From: Callorhinchus milii
Taxonomy: Eukaryota
Direction of reading: 5' to 3'
Assembly (NCBI RefSeq): GCF_018977255.1
Contig: NW_024704743.1
Coordinates: 3,722,001 to 3,786,000, forward strand
Length of the DNA: 64,000 bases
Shown: piece after piece, positions 1-12,845 of the stretch
Layout of the letters: every line of letters starts with the position of its first letter
Position numbering within the stretch: the stretch's first letter is position 1
Position numbers and translations under genes: made by a program
Notes under the pieces: generated by a model
What the model was told of the DNA's origin: nothing
The model's input: the letters and a program-made list of their open reading frames with translations, nothing else
Databases searched by the model: none

Positions 1-174
1 AATTCCATTCTGGACGCTGGATTGCGAATTTCCGAAGTGGGCTTTTTGTGTGGTTTGAAAGTTTCCAACCAAGCCTTGAACTCATAGTTTAAACCAAGCG
101 CTGCACTTATGGAGCATCGCTATGTTTTGTTGGCAGTGACATTCTTTGAAATTATTATTAATAATAATAAATAA

Positions 175-660
175 TAACAATAATCCTCGCGATTGATTAA
201 ATGCCTTTCACAACAATTTACTCTTCATATAGGATAACACCTCGGACCACTTCACAGTGGCGAGGGGTAGTGACTATGGGCGTGGATGAAGAGGTAGGTT
301 TTCAGATGGGATATTTAAAGGCAGATAGAGAGGCATGGAGGCGTGGGGAGGTGGGGGGGGGCGCAGAGACAGGGAGTTCTAGATATTAAGGGGTTAGTGA
401 CTGAAAGCTCAGCCACTGATGGTGGCATAGAAGGGGAGGGAGATGAGCACAAGGTCCATGTCAGCTGAGTGGAGCAGGTGAGCAGAGGAATAAGGTTTGA
501 GAAGATCAGAGAGATGCGAGGGGAGATTGAGGTTTATACTTGAGAGTGAGGACTTTGCCGTTGATTCTTTGAGAGCCAGGGAGCCTGGTGAGGACTGGGG
601 TGATGGTCATGTGGAGCTTGGTACGGGTGAGGATCAGCACAGCAGAGTTTTGGATAACCG
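175..660 (-). mobile_element. L2-clade LINE 3' fragment (decayed)
   Basis: Reverse strand of ~620-660 encodes IQNSA..ILTRTK, matching the L2 ORF2 C-terminus seen at 38970-39010; purine-rich L2 3' region on + strand; tail-like sequence near 175-260. Confidence 0.7.
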
Positions 661-1099
661 TAGCACTATGATTTTGTCTCTATGTAAAAAGCCTACCAAT
701 TCCTTCTTAGATTGCCAAAGAACGAGGCCGTTTACAAGTCTCAAAAATTACTCTCACTCTCCCACCAATATTTGAGGGTGTTTTTTTTTGGGGGGGGGAA
801 TTTTGTGCCACCAAATGCAAAATATGTATTTCTACAGATTTTGACAAGGATTGGGCATCTCTATAAAATGCTCCTGTTCCTCCTTCTCTTGGCTGTCACT
901 TTGATACTGTCAGTGGGAATTCAATCAGATAGAAGATGTCTCCTGACCCACATACACTTGAATTTCTGTCAATCGCAGTGAAGCATCAAGCTCAACTCAA
1001 TGATAAGCGTTCTCCTTATCTGAAACCAGAGACACGCATTATTTCTGCTTAAAAATATTGAACGCTATTATATATAATAATTATACACATTACAAAATT

Positions 1100-1310
1100 G
1101 CTCGAGTTTCCGGCCAGCGGTGCAGTTCTCTTTGAGATACCCTGGCCAACAATTTCCCAAATAAAATCGCTCATTTGTTTCATGGCTGCTTGTGGCCTGT
1201 TACTGTCTACGCACCATTCTACTTCCATGTTTGCTTACAAGTGCACAGTCACTCCGCTTCACAATAAATCCCATGAAGCACTTTGGGATGACCTCCTGTT
1301 GTGAAAGTGG
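1100..1310 (+). mobile_element. DeuSINE-like SINE, 3' half
   Basis: cctggccaacaatttccc...catggctgcttgtgg...aagcactttgggatgacctcc matches the other DeuSINE-like copies. Confidence 0.7.
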
Positions 1311-1610
1311 AACACTGTAAAGTGAATTGACTGTCTATTTTGTGGATGAAACACGGTAGCCAATTGCGCACGGCAGTGTCCCACAAGTCGTGGATTGAGT
1401 GACCAAATTATTATTTTTTTTTAGGGATTATTATCCCTGCAAAAGCGATCCGCCAATCGACTAACAACCGGGTTCCTACTTACCACTAGGTAAACAGAGG
1501 CGTGTGGAGTAAGGAAACTTGGCCAACATTTTGCCCTGCCCGGGAATCAAACCCTTTTGGGTCTTTTGTTTGCGAGGCGAGTGCTCTAACCACTGAGCTA
1601 CAGGGCTCCA
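1311..1610 (-). mobile_element. tRNA(Ala-anticodon)-headed SINE, long form, tail missing
   Basis: Reverse strand begins GTGGAGCCCTGTAGCTCAGTGGTTAGAGCACTCGCCTCGCAA; carries the extra ~75-bp segment also seen at 24215-24277 and 27155-27225. Confidence 0.85.
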
Positions 1611-3374
1611 CTAGTCTGGGTCTGACATTTGAAATGACCCGATCTCCCTCTGTCTCGCCCTTCTCTCTATGTCTGGCTCGAATCCCACAAATCCTACCAC
1701 TTCAAGTGCGCCACTTCCACTTCCTCCCCCAGCCGTCCCTTCCTTGATTCCCAGAGTTTTCATTCTCAACAGCACCATCCCTCATCACTGAATAGCTCCT
1801 GAAAGAAGAACAACTTGCAATTACATAGCGCCCTTCACCTAGGATAGTGTCTCAGAATGCTTTACAGTGAGATGGAAATCCCACAAGCCTTACTTACTCA
1901 TATAAATTGTTGGAGAATGTATCCATCCACTCTTCCGCATCCCTCTACAATGACCTCGAGCCTCTTTGTTGGAACTGCAGCAAGGGACGAAAACAGTTTT
2001 TTTTCGTTTTATAGACCGTTTTGAGCAATCTCATATAGTTGGGAAATAATAGGTTATTGATCGAATATTGGGCTGAGCGACGAAAATGGAGACAGCCGTG
2101 TCTGCAAAAGAAATGGATGCACCTCAATTTCACTTGACTTCAGTCAGTTTATAATTCATATCCTTCGCGTTGGCCATAAAGACCCAATGAGCGTCCATCC
2201 ATTCAATGACTAATTAAAGGTGGCTGTCAAGGGGTCCTCACTCTGACCTTTGGGAAGACGGAAGATAAATCAGAAACTCATCGCTGCAGCTACAACCAGC
2301 ATCCCAAATTATCAATACAAGAACGGCAAGAGACAGAGGAAAAGTTATGAAGTCTGGTACCTGTCGTAAAGAAACCGCAGCCTTGTAAAGCTTGCGAAAT
2401 CTTATCGGCTGGTTATCACACATTCCATCTTTCTCTGCCGGCTTAGCTGCACCGAAGGAAAGAAGGTCACCGGGAAAATTGCTATCGTGCTTAAAAAAAA
2501 AATCTAGATTAGAAAATCCTGCTTCAGATGCGGGAAGCTGGGCCGCATATTGGCATGGCATAAACCTCCAACAGCAGAGCAGAGTTTTGAGAAGACTGAC
2601 CCTAATCATAGAGAGAAACTAAATCCCTTCCAAGGCTATCCAAATACAGTGGTTAGCACAGACAGTTTGGGTCAAAATTGAACATTGCTTGGCTCTCTGG
2701 CTTTGACAAGTGATTGTTATGTCCACACTGTCTATAATTGGAAACTTACTTTTGCCATTGGAAAATGTTAACAAAAAATGACAACACGCTGAAATACGCG
2801 ATGCTTCACAACAGATTCTTAATAGGCCACGGACTGTATAGGTGAGGGGGAATAGCTCCTGCGGAGTATAAACACCGGCACAGATTAGGTCGACAGAATG
2901 GTCGTGTTTCCGGGCGTAACTGCGTAACTCTATCTGACAGTCGATATCTGAAGATTTCAGCAACAGTATGCTTGTTTACAAGGGCAGAGCTCAGTGCTGC
3001 TTCATGTGATATCATCTTAACTCAACAGAGAAGGTGTCCTGGCAGATAATCCTCCAGTTCAATTAATTATTCACCTGCTCTCTGTACTGTGGGACATTGC
3101 TGTGTGCAAATTGGCGACAAATGCACTGTCACTACCCTTTACAGGAAAGAATGTGAAGCTCTTTAAGACATTTCAACATGATAAGGCAGAATATCAAACT
3201 CCAAGAATTCGTATTAACATGATTGGCAACATGTAACTCCTTGACAATACCTGTGTCGATGTCAGCATCTTCACTTCCTCCCTCTCTGTGGTGATTTTAT
3301 CATCTTTGCCAAACGGTTCAGGGCATTCATTTCAACCTTCAGCTTGGGCTCCCGGTCAGTTTTGTGATGGGGTT

Positions 3375-3375
<1 letters not shown>

Positions 3376-3407
<32 letters not shown>

Positions 3408-3709
3408 CCTTGCATTTGATATAGCGCTTTTCACGTCGGGAGGACGTCCCAAAGCGCTTCACAGAACACACTGTAAAGTGAATTGACTGTATATTTGGGG
3501 GCGAACGCGGCAGCCAATTGCGCACAGCAATGTCCCACAAACAGTCGTAGATTGAAAACGACCAATTTATTATTGTTTTTGGTTTTGGAGGGATTATTAT
3601 TAGGCTCTGTGTGGAGTAAGGAAACTTGCCCAAGGTTTCGCCCTCTGCCTGGAATTGAACTCAGGTCTCTCACTTGCAAAGCGATCTATACTGAGCTACA
3701 GGACTCCAC
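3376..3709 (-). mobile_element. Young tRNA-headed SINE (short form) with (ATT)n tail
   Basis: Near-identical to 35726-36050 and 55588-55897; small deletion in the head. Confidence 0.9.
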
Positions 3710-3829
3710 TTATGATGTCCTCCTGACGTGAAAGGCACCATATCAATGTAAACCGTTGTTGCTGTTGTGTGACAGGTATTACATAAATGCAACTTGTTGT
3801 ACCTTGTATACCTTGAATTATCAAACCAC

Positions 3830-4045
3830 TTCCTGTTGATTAAAACGTGTCTTCCTGGTTTCCAGATTACCTTGTCCTCTCTGACCATCATGATTGCTTG
3901 AGCCACTTTACATCAGCCACCGTGCCCCGTTGTCTGGAACTCCTTTCCAAAATTACTTTGGCTCACGCACTCTCTCTTGTCTTCAAAATCTCTTCTAAAT
4001 GCCTTCCTCTTTGATCATGCCTTGGTCACCTTCCCTTTACCCATC
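3830..4045 (+). mobile_element. L2 LINE 3' fragment
   Basis: tctggaactcctttcc...cttcaaaatctcttctaaatgccttcctctttgatcatgccttggtcacc, similar to L2 copies at 39260-39360 and 45735-45830. Confidence 0.65.
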
Positions 4046-5204
4046 TCCCTCCTCAGGGTAAGCATCCCTCCAAGGAGAGAGTAGAGTGCACATTCCACTC
4101 CCATAAACGTCTCAGTAATTTTCATATGAGGAGATTGTTGACCAGGAGAAACTCCCTTCTGTTTTCGAACAGTACCATGGAATCTTTAACGTACATTTTA
4201 ACAGGCAGATGGGGCTCATCTAATCCGAAGGATGAGTCTTTGAGACTTTGAGACTTACCATGCAATGTTTGTTTTCTCATTTATTTTCCAATTACGGTCC
4301 ACATATTTCAAAATATTATAACGTTTGCGCTATTTGAAAAAGGGGGCATTTCTTCCCAATGTCTCGGTCAACAATTGCCCAAATAAAATGAATAATCAAC
4401 ATCATGCCTGTTTGTGGGAGATTGCTGTCCACATAATTGCTACCACATTTAATCCCTGAAGTACATAGTCACTACGCTTTACAATAAATCCTGTGAAACT
4501 TGTTGAGACATCCTCCCAATGTGAAAGCTCCTTTGTCAAACACCAGGATTATTATTTAACTCATCTTGAACTAAGTTGTCCATTGAATGGAACATTTTCC
4601 AATGGAGTTTACAAATTCTTGTAAGAATATGCATTCATCAAGACACCAAGCATTTATTTATCAACAGTTGGGTCTTTCTCCATAAAAAACAAAACAAATT
4701 GTTAGCTCGTGGTTGATTTAGAGCCAAGCCATTAATAATCATAATGAACAGAACTAACTGTAGTGATTTTATGAACTGTCTCAACCAACAATAGGGAAAA
4801 TTAGCAAAACTGTGGTCTTCAGCCTGAGGGCATCTTCACAGTTCAGAAAGGGAAAGATTGGAGAGTGCATATCATTCTGCCCTCTCAGCTTCACAATGTT
4901 CAACCGCATTAGTGATGCAAAGGAGATGCAGCAGGGAATCCCACACAGTGGTTGGACATGGATCCATCCTGGGGACTCTTCACTTGTTAGAGGTTCTGAT
5001 TTCGCCTGTGTTATTCAAGAGGTGTAAAGAATAATAATAATAATAATAATAATAGTTAATAATAACAATCCTTGCATTTGCTGCAGCACCTTACCAGGTC
5101 GTTCAGATGTCTCAAAGGGCTTCAAAGGATTTTATTATTGTATTTTGTCGGCAAACGCAGCAGGTCATGTCTCACATAACCCATTTTTATCTGGAGGATT
5201 GTTG

Positions 5205-5530
5205 TAATAATAATCCTTGCATTTGGTGTAGCACGTCTCATGTTGGGATAACGTTACAAAGTGCTTCACAGGATTTACTGTGACGTGGAATGACTGTGTA
5301 TTTGTAGGTATTTGTTGACCAGGACACTGCAAGAAATTCCCTTCTCTTTCTGAACAGGATTTTTGACGTCTCCCTGAACAGTCAGACGGGACCTTAACTT
5401 AATGTTTAATCCAAAGGGTGGCATTTCCAACAATGAGGTACCTTCAGCACTGTGTTTTAGTGCAGAGCTTGAGCCTACAACCTTCTGACTCCAAGGCAAG
5501 AGTGCTACCAACTGAACCAGGCTGACACAC
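5205..5530 (-). mobile_element. DeuSINE-like SINE (head to tail, internal deletions)
   Basis: Reverse strand GTGTCAGCCTGGTTCAGTTGGTAGCACTCTTGCC tRNA-like head, central domain, and tail ending AAATGCAAGGATTATT. Confidence 0.8.
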
Positions 5531-5659
5531 CAAATATGACCCAAGGGAGAGTCAGTCATATCTCATGCAGAGACTCACCAATTAGTCTCCATTCTGTCAA
5601 TTGGGATAGAGAAAGCAAACCCAGAACAATGCTTTCGCATATACTGAGCCATTAGTGCA

Positions 5660-5845
5660 AGACGACACAGGTTTAGAGTTTCGAAGGGCAATTTCAGGAC
5701 AGACACCAGGAAGTATTTCTTTACTCAGAAGGTAATCGACAACTGGAACAGAAACAGGGTGGTTTTGGTTAGGACACTGGGACACATTTAAAAAGCAGTT
5801 CGATGCTGTGATGGGAAGACAAGAGGGTGGATATTCTGGGAGGTT
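5660..5845 (+). mobile_element. CR1 LINE 3' fragment
   Basis: Encodes HRFRVSKGNFRTDTRKYFFTQKVIDNWN, the conserved CR1 ORF2 C-terminal motif. Confidence 0.75.
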
Positions 5846-6766
5846 TAGATTGTATGAGAGTAAATCACTAAATTTACCATTAGATTTTTCACCCCGCTGT
5901 GTATGTATTTTGTATTTCACTATCAACTGGCACATCATCAGTTTCCACCACACTGAATATGCTTTTGGCTTAGTTGACGTAATTCATGGCTGCTATCCAT
6001 GACTTGCCTTTGTTGCTATGAACACTGAACCCTTCTTCAGAAGTGCTCGTGGTTGAATTGGTCCCCACGCAATTTATATTCGATGCTAGTGGTCATTTTA
6101 GAATGCTAGCAACAAAAAAAATTCTAATTTTTTCCTATTTTTTTCTCTGTGGATTGCTGATCAGGGGCTGTTAATGGAAGTGTCACAGCCCTGAAGTTAG
6201 ATACAGGATCTCTTGTGTTAACATCATAACATGCAGCACATTCAGATCATTCAGTTGAAGCCAGAACTGATACTTAAGTCAACATGAAAGGCATTTATCT
6301 GATTCATTACCCCTTTCACTAAAACAGTTGGATGAGGAATTCTGCATAGAGTTGAATTGAATCAGTTTTAATAATGGGGTCTAAACTTGCAGATCTCATG
6401 CAATTGTGATTTATTTTGCTTTTTTTCTAATGGGATATTCCACCCAACTGGAGTATCCCATTAAACATTCGCCGAACATTTAAGGTATGTTCTCTGAATA
6501 GTCACGGATTTTAAAACAAGCATTTTGGGTCTATCACGTAGGGGCCCATATTTTTTCATTTGATCTTCTCACCCTAGGTTTAGTTTAATTAAACACATCA
6601 TCAGTTAGGTAAATCAGTTCCATAAGTTGGACTCCATTGCAAAAGTGAATTCATTTAATTATGTGAGGTATATCATAGATGATATCAGACTCCGCCACTG
6701 TGAAGCCCTCCGGGACCCTATCCCACGTGAAGGGCGCTGTATCAATGCCAGTTGTTGTTGGTGTTT

Positions 6767-7195
6767 GTATCAGCCTGGCTTATAACTGGAAGCACTCTCA
6801 CCACTGAGTGGTTCAAGCCCCACGTCAGGACATTCGGTCCAGCTGACACTTCAATATAGTGCTAGAATGCTGCATCGTTGTAGGTGCTATCCTTCGGTTG
6901 AGACATCAATCCGGTCTTTAGGAGTGACATCAAGCAAGGTCGCATCTGGCTGTTCTTTGGTTATGCTAAAAATCCCACCAAACAATTCAAAAAGAGAAGG
7001 AAGTTTCCCCTGACGTCCTGGACAGCAATCCTCCAGATTAATCGGTCATTCACCTCATGGCTGTTTGTGGGACCTTGCTGGCACAAAATGACTGCTATGT
7101 TAGCCTCCAAAAAACAGTCAGTACACTTGACAGTAATGACTTGCAGAGTGCTCTTCAACTTGACAAAGCGTTATGAAAATGCAAGTTTATTTCCT
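6767..7195 (+). mobile_element. DeuSINE-like SINE
   Basis: gtatcagcctggct head with ggttcaagcccc B box, central domain and catggctgtttgtgggaccttgctg segment. Confidence 0.75.
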
Positions 7196-7370
7196 TATCT
7201 ACGTCTTGCAGAGTAGCTCCGACTGTGCGTCTGATGAGGAACCATTCTGCATTGGCTTTGTGAACAGCGGAATAGACGCTTTGAGTCTTTGAATTGCGAC
7301 AATTGATGAATGCTACGCTAGAAATTCTGTGCAATTCTCGATCAACAAAATAATTTTAAAATAATAGAAT

Positions 7371-7428
7371 GGGGGGAGGAGGGGTTGGGGGGGGGAGGGG
7401 TGGGGGGGGTGTTGTTGGGGGCCGGGGG
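7371..7428 (+). repeat. G-run tract (potential G-quadruplex)
   Basis: Seven runs of four or more G in 58 nt. Confidence 0.7.
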
Positions 7429-7774
7429 AAGTAAGATGAACTTTGTTAGAATTAATACCGAATTCCGTAGGCCTTTTTTGGGGGGCGCAAACATTTCCAC
7501 TTTGGGGTTTCGGGGCAGTTATTTTCTTATTCATATACCATCTTTTCTGCGGCTTTTAACAGCAGGACTTGTGGATGCTAACTAGCTATACCGGCTGCTG
7601 TTGGACAAACCATCATGGTTGATTGCGCAGTGGGTAGGATTGGGAACCTGCTACTTTAAGTCAAACAGTCTTTCATTTCAGCTATTGCTGCTTTTGGACA
7701 TAAATAGCTGCCTGTTGGAGTGTCTGTGTAGCTGGAAGCACCTTTTCGGAAAAGGGAACTTATCACCACCTCCA

Positions 7775-8015
7775 CCAACAACAACAACTTGCATTTATAT
7801 AGAGCCCTTCATACGAGGAGAGCCTTGGAGCACTTTACCGCGGTGTGGTTTGACGCTGAGCTGGACAGCGAAGGGAGGTGACCGAAGGTACGGTCGGAGA
7901 GGAAAGTCTTCAGCTGTGATTCGAAGATGGACAAAGAGGGGGCAAGCTGGAGGGATTGAGGCAAGGAGTTCCGGTGGTTTGGGACACAGTGAATTGAAAG
8001 CATGGTTGCCTAGCA
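7775..8015 (-). mobile_element. L2 LINE 3' end
   Basis: (CAA)n-cttgcatttatatag tail on + strand; reverse strand reads NSLPQSLQLAPSLSIFESQLKTFLSDRTF. Confidence 0.75.
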
Positions 8016-9109
8016 CTGAGGAGACTCTGCTCCTCGACAAGACTTTGCAATGTAAGAAGTACCGCCTTGGAACCAAACCACTATTTATAGCACTTTCACT
8101 GCACACGTTTTAGTGTGTATGACTCAATCAGGGTAGCATTCACAATTTGCACAGATATTCTGTGAGGGGAGGGAAGGAGAGTGGTGTAAACGAACATATC
8201 GAGTCTTTGTTCAAACCATTAACTTCCAAACATACTGTAACAGTTTTGAAGGCACTTAAGAGCTTTGAAAGAGTATCTGCGCGATTCCTTCCTGAAAAGA
8301 TCAGAGCAGTGATTGTAAGTGTTATCTTTCCACCAGCTGCTCCTGCGTTATTGTTTAATGCTCCAAACAATGTCACTTCTCCCCATAACTGGGGTAGGTG
8401 TGTGTGGGGGTGTGGGTGGGGGGGGGGGGGGTGGGTGGTCTAATGACTGTCATTTCCAGGGCAATCGGTAGGTTAATGCGTTGTAGAAGGTTGAGGCCGT
8501 CAGCGCCGAAGTATCATCTTCAATCAACCCCCTCTTGCGATCTTCCGAATAGGTTACCTATGACTCAGCAACCTGCCAATTAACTGCCGTGCAAGTAAAG
8601 AAAATACACCCCCCAACGGCACGAGACGTGGCAAGGCACAGACTACGGGTAAACGTTCCTCCGTGGAATAATTAGACCCTTGCGCCGCTGATCGCGTGTT
8701 ACAAGAGTCCGTTCACTTGGGTGAAAGCCCGCCATAATTCACCTGGCCTGCGACGCTCATGACTTATAGTTCTTTCACACTCGTGAGAGAAATCCTTGCA
8801 ACGCACTGTCACCGGTGCTGTGTCCAACATAAATCATATTCGGTGCTGAGGACGAAGAAGAGTTTTCATTAACTTATGATGATTTATTTGAATTCTCTTT
8901 CTGGAAGGAAGCATTTGCAAGCCAATTTTGATGCATTAAATGTAAAGCTTCCATTTGATGCTCCCCAATGCGAAGGGCAGTGATCTCTGCCAACCAGCTG
9001 TTTGTTACTGATATCAGCAGGGGGCTCTGCAATAACAGTCAAGAGATCAAGTGCTAAGATAGGAAGAAGTGCCGAATCAGGACGAGGCTCCAGGCAATAA
9101 TGACGGTAA

Positions 9110-9420
9110 AGATCCTGACATTCAGTCTTTCACATCTGGAGGATGTCCCAAAGTGCTTCACGTGGTTTACTGTGCAGCGACTGTACGTGTTTTGTGGGTG
9201 TATGAGGCAGCCAATTTGCGCAGAGCAAAGTCCCACAAAAGAGCCATGGAACGAGTGACCATTTTTATTTAGGGGAATGTTGGCCAAGACCAGAAGAAAT
9301 TCCCTTCTCTTTTCAAAAAATGTCATAGGATGTTTAAGGTCTACCTGAACAGGTACCTAGGTTTAATGTCTCATAAAGGACATCACCTCCAAACAACGCA
9401 GCACACCCCCAGCACTGAAT
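9110..9420 (-). mobile_element. DeuSINE-like SINE
   Basis: Tail, ggccaagaccagaagaaattcccttctcttttcaaa and central domain in reverse orientation. Confidence 0.75.
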
Positions 9421-9724
9421 TGACTGCATATTTTGTGGGCGAAAACAAGAGGACATAGATTTAGAATTGCGATTTTTGCGACCAATTATTTCTTTATAGT
9501 TTAATAGGAAACGTGGTGAGGCCAGAAGACTGGACTCATTTTGATTCTGTGATGGAACAATGTTAGGATGGGTATGCTGGAAGGTTCAGATGAAATGGAT
9601 CTCCTTAGTCAAATCACAACAACAATGCAGCCTTACTACAGGGCCCTATAGTAGTCCTGACTAGATATGTAGCGGGAAAGCATGCCAGACAGTGCTCTCA
9701 ATGCAAACTATGAGATTTTAGCGG

Positions 9725-9955
9725 GCTAAATGGCAGCAGTACCCCAAAACAGGGGTCCCCAAGCCTTGGCTCTTGCCAACATGTACCTAATACTTGCCGG
9801 AATTAGATAAGCAGAGTGTATGTCTCCTGGGAGAGAGTGCGCATTCCATTCCAGGCACAGGGACAATTTCCTTGCGTAAGTGATGTGGAACTCTCCCAGT
9901 TTGGTTTGCATACTCTTAAGCACGGTGATGGTTCTGCGTGTGTCAGACACCAGGC
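9725..9955 (+). mobile_element. Unassigned SINE-like family C, 3' part
   Basis: gggtccccaagccttggctcttgccaac...cctaatacttgccggaattag...gcattccattcc...gtgtcagacac shared with 10720-11000, 20988-21280, 29525-30000. Confidence 0.75.
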
Positions 9956-10719
9956 AGTTCAAAAGGAAAATGTAGTTCCCTCATACCTGGCAGCCTTCTT
10001 AATGATGCCCTCCCTGGTCGTTTTAGGAAGGTGACAGCCAATGGAATCATTTCTCTAGTAGGAATGACAGAGCCGATGGTCTCCAGCAGTACATTATTGA
10101 CTGTGTGAAATCAGGCTCAGAGGACTTGGAATTAACAGTGTGTTCAAACCAGGAACTGGTATTGTGGAGTAGCATTGGATTGTGTCATTCTTTCTAGCTC
10201 CCTTTTGTTCCAAACAGTGGGCGTTGCATTGGTGCCACATGCTTGCTTTGTAACTGAAGCACACTGCAGAAATGTGGCTGAGATATTCCTTATAGTGATT
10301 GTAAGTCAGCCAAGTGGATGATCTACATTTTTCTGCAATTGCCTCCAGTTAGTGTGTTACGAGTTAGCTATTACTGTCGCCCTTGAAATGATTTTGAGCA
10401 CAAATACGCCAAAGCTTGCTCCAAAGTGTCTTTCATTCCCTTCTTTTGCTCGTACGGCCCTCAACACGAGAAGAGATTTCCATCGCTGAATTGGCCTACC
10501 TTGCAAAGTATTACAGCAATGACAGCAACAACTTCCATTTATATAGCAGGCTTTTCGCAGGATAGTATCTCGGAGTGCAATACAGTGGTGAAGTTGGACA
10601 AGTTGGCAAGGGAGAAGGAAGAGTGGAAAGTGACCATAGGCCCAGTCAAAGAGATACGTTTAAAGGCAGGATTTAAAGATTCATAAAGAGAGGGGGGGGG
10701 GGGTTATGATTGAGGCAGA

Positions 10720-11000
10720 CAGTTTTTTTTGGTGTCAGCCAGAAATCTGACACATGTGGAAATCCATCACCATCCTTAACAGTATCCAAACCCATGTATC
10801 CCACTTACTCGTGCAAATTCAAGAGATAGATTGTTGGAATGGAATGCGCACCCTCTCCCTGGAGGGAAGCATCCCGCTTACCTAATTCCCCAAAGTATTA
10901 GGCGCAGGTCGGCAAGAGCCAAGGCTTGGGGACCCCAGAGGGTGTGTTGTGGCAACTGCTGGATTTAACCAGCTAAAACCACATGGCTTGCCATTGATAA
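10720..11000 (-). mobile_element. Unassigned SINE-like family C, 3' part with A tail
   Basis: Inverted homolog of 9725-9955; T run at the left end corresponds to an A tail. Confidence 0.75.
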
Positions 11001-12499
11001 GAAATGTCTGGTTTGGGAACTCTTAATAAATACTTTTGTTTAAGATACTGAAGGAACACAATGGAGCAGATGGGTTTCCTTCTGTTGGGGCATTGGTAAC
11101 AAGGGAACACCGGGAGAAACTTTCTTTTCTTTTCAAATAGTGCCATGGGATCTTTAATGTCCACCTCAAAAGGCAGACTAGGTTTAACTTCTCATCCGAA
11201 GGATGGCACCTCCAACAACACAGCACATCCCCAGCACAAAATTGGACTACATGAGTGTAGACTATATGAGCTGTAATGTAATTCCCTCTTGAAAGTTGTT
11301 GATAAAATACATCTCGATCTCATCCCTGGATAGATGGAGTTGTATTTTCTAACACATATTTACACGTGTGTAAAGTAAATCAGAGCGGTGTCTTCTTGTT
11401 AGACGTATTGCAGTATTAGGGTCATCTAAACCCTTTAGGACATCAAATAAAGTCTTCAATAAAGATTTCCCTGAGCCTTCTCTTCTTTAGTCCCGACCCC
11501 TGACTGTCCACCACTTTGGGACGTCCTCCCTCCTGATGTGAAAGGCGCTCTATAAATGTAATTTTGTTGTTGTTTAAGGATTTGCATCGGTGAACGTGTT
11601 CGTCTTACCTGGACTCTTCTCATAACACAGCTGGCTAATTCTAGCTATCAGTCTAGTTGCCCTTTGCTCTCCAATGCTGTGATATCCTGAGTGTAATTCA
11701 TCGACCAGAATTATATGCAGTCAATTGGAAGACCCCTGCAGGTGCCACAACTGGCACCTTGATTGAAGCGAATATTTACACTGCAGTGAATTTACACTGA
11801 AGCCAAACTCTAACCAGGTCACGGTCATCATAACGCTCTCACCTTGCACTGGAGTTTCATCCTTATCCAGGAAAAATCATGTGCTTCAGTCCTTGCATTA
11901 TGTACAGTTCTGCTGTTTGAGTACTCCATGAGCCACGTAAAATGTACGTTCAGCATTTTGTTTATGTAATTTGACTACATTTTGAGCGCTGACCTCTGTA
12001 TTCCTCCTCGAATCATTTCAGTTTGGCTTCCTGCACTCCAACTTGATTCTCTGAGTTGCTCCCAACAGCATTCACAAGGTAGACGATGATAATCCTTGCA
12101 TTTTATGTAGCGCCTTATCACGTCTTTGAGACGTTTCAAAGCGCTTTCACAGTATATACTGTGTTCTCCTAAGGTCCACCAAGTGATTCCAGACTGGCTT
12201 CCTCCTGCTGAGAGATGATCAGGCACACATGTAGAAACATAGCTTTCGTCAATCCTCTCCCCACCTCGATCATGAGAATACAACAATTTACTTGTGAAGA
12301 GCACAGATTTGTGTAGAATAATCATAGAATGACAGAATCGTAGAATTATACAGCACAGAAGGAGGCCATTCGGGGGAGGGCATGAGCAGAGGAGTGGGGC
12401 GAGAGGAGATCAAAGAGGTACTAAGACAAATTTATAAGGAGCCTGAAATCGATCAGCTGCAAGAATGCATTCGAGAGTAAGTAAGCCACTCCAAACCAC

Positions 12500-12845
12500 C
12501 GTTATAATAATTATCATCGTGGCTTTCGATCCAGCACCTTGTAATGTTGTTAAAACTTTTGATAGCACTTCAGAGGGTATATGTAAAAGTGGTGTGATGA
12601 ATGTGGCAGCCAATTTACGCACAACAATGTCCCACAAACTGCCCTGGAGTGAGTGACTCATTTTAATTGGGAGAATATTGGCGAGGACACCAGGATAAAC
12701 TCCTTTCTCCTTTCAAATGGCACCATGGGATCTTTACCATCTCCCTGAACTGGCAAAGATGGGACCTTGGCTTAATGTCTCAACTGAAAGACGGCACCTC
12801 TGACGATTGGGCACTCCCCCAGCACTGCACTGGAGAGTCAGCAAC
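12500..12845 (-). mobile_element. DeuSINE-like SINE
   Basis: caccatgggatctttacc...gggaccttggcttaatgtctca...ggcacctctgac...cagcactgcactggag. Confidence 0.75.

Noticed and set aside
838..866. Possible terminal exon encoding FDKDWASL-stop after tttctacag
   Set aside because: Too short to support and no recognised protein end.
3271..3731. ORFs repeated almost identically at 35712-36009 and 55538-56144 (e.g. MGKFPYSTQSL...)
   Set aside because: They are translations of the young SINE, not a gene family.
6954..6964. TCTTTGGTTAT matching the start of miR-9
   Set aside because: Diverges after 11 nt, no hairpin partner, lies inside a SINE.
7227..7280. CTGATGA as another hammerhead core
   Set aside because: No GAAA placed directly after a sound stem II.
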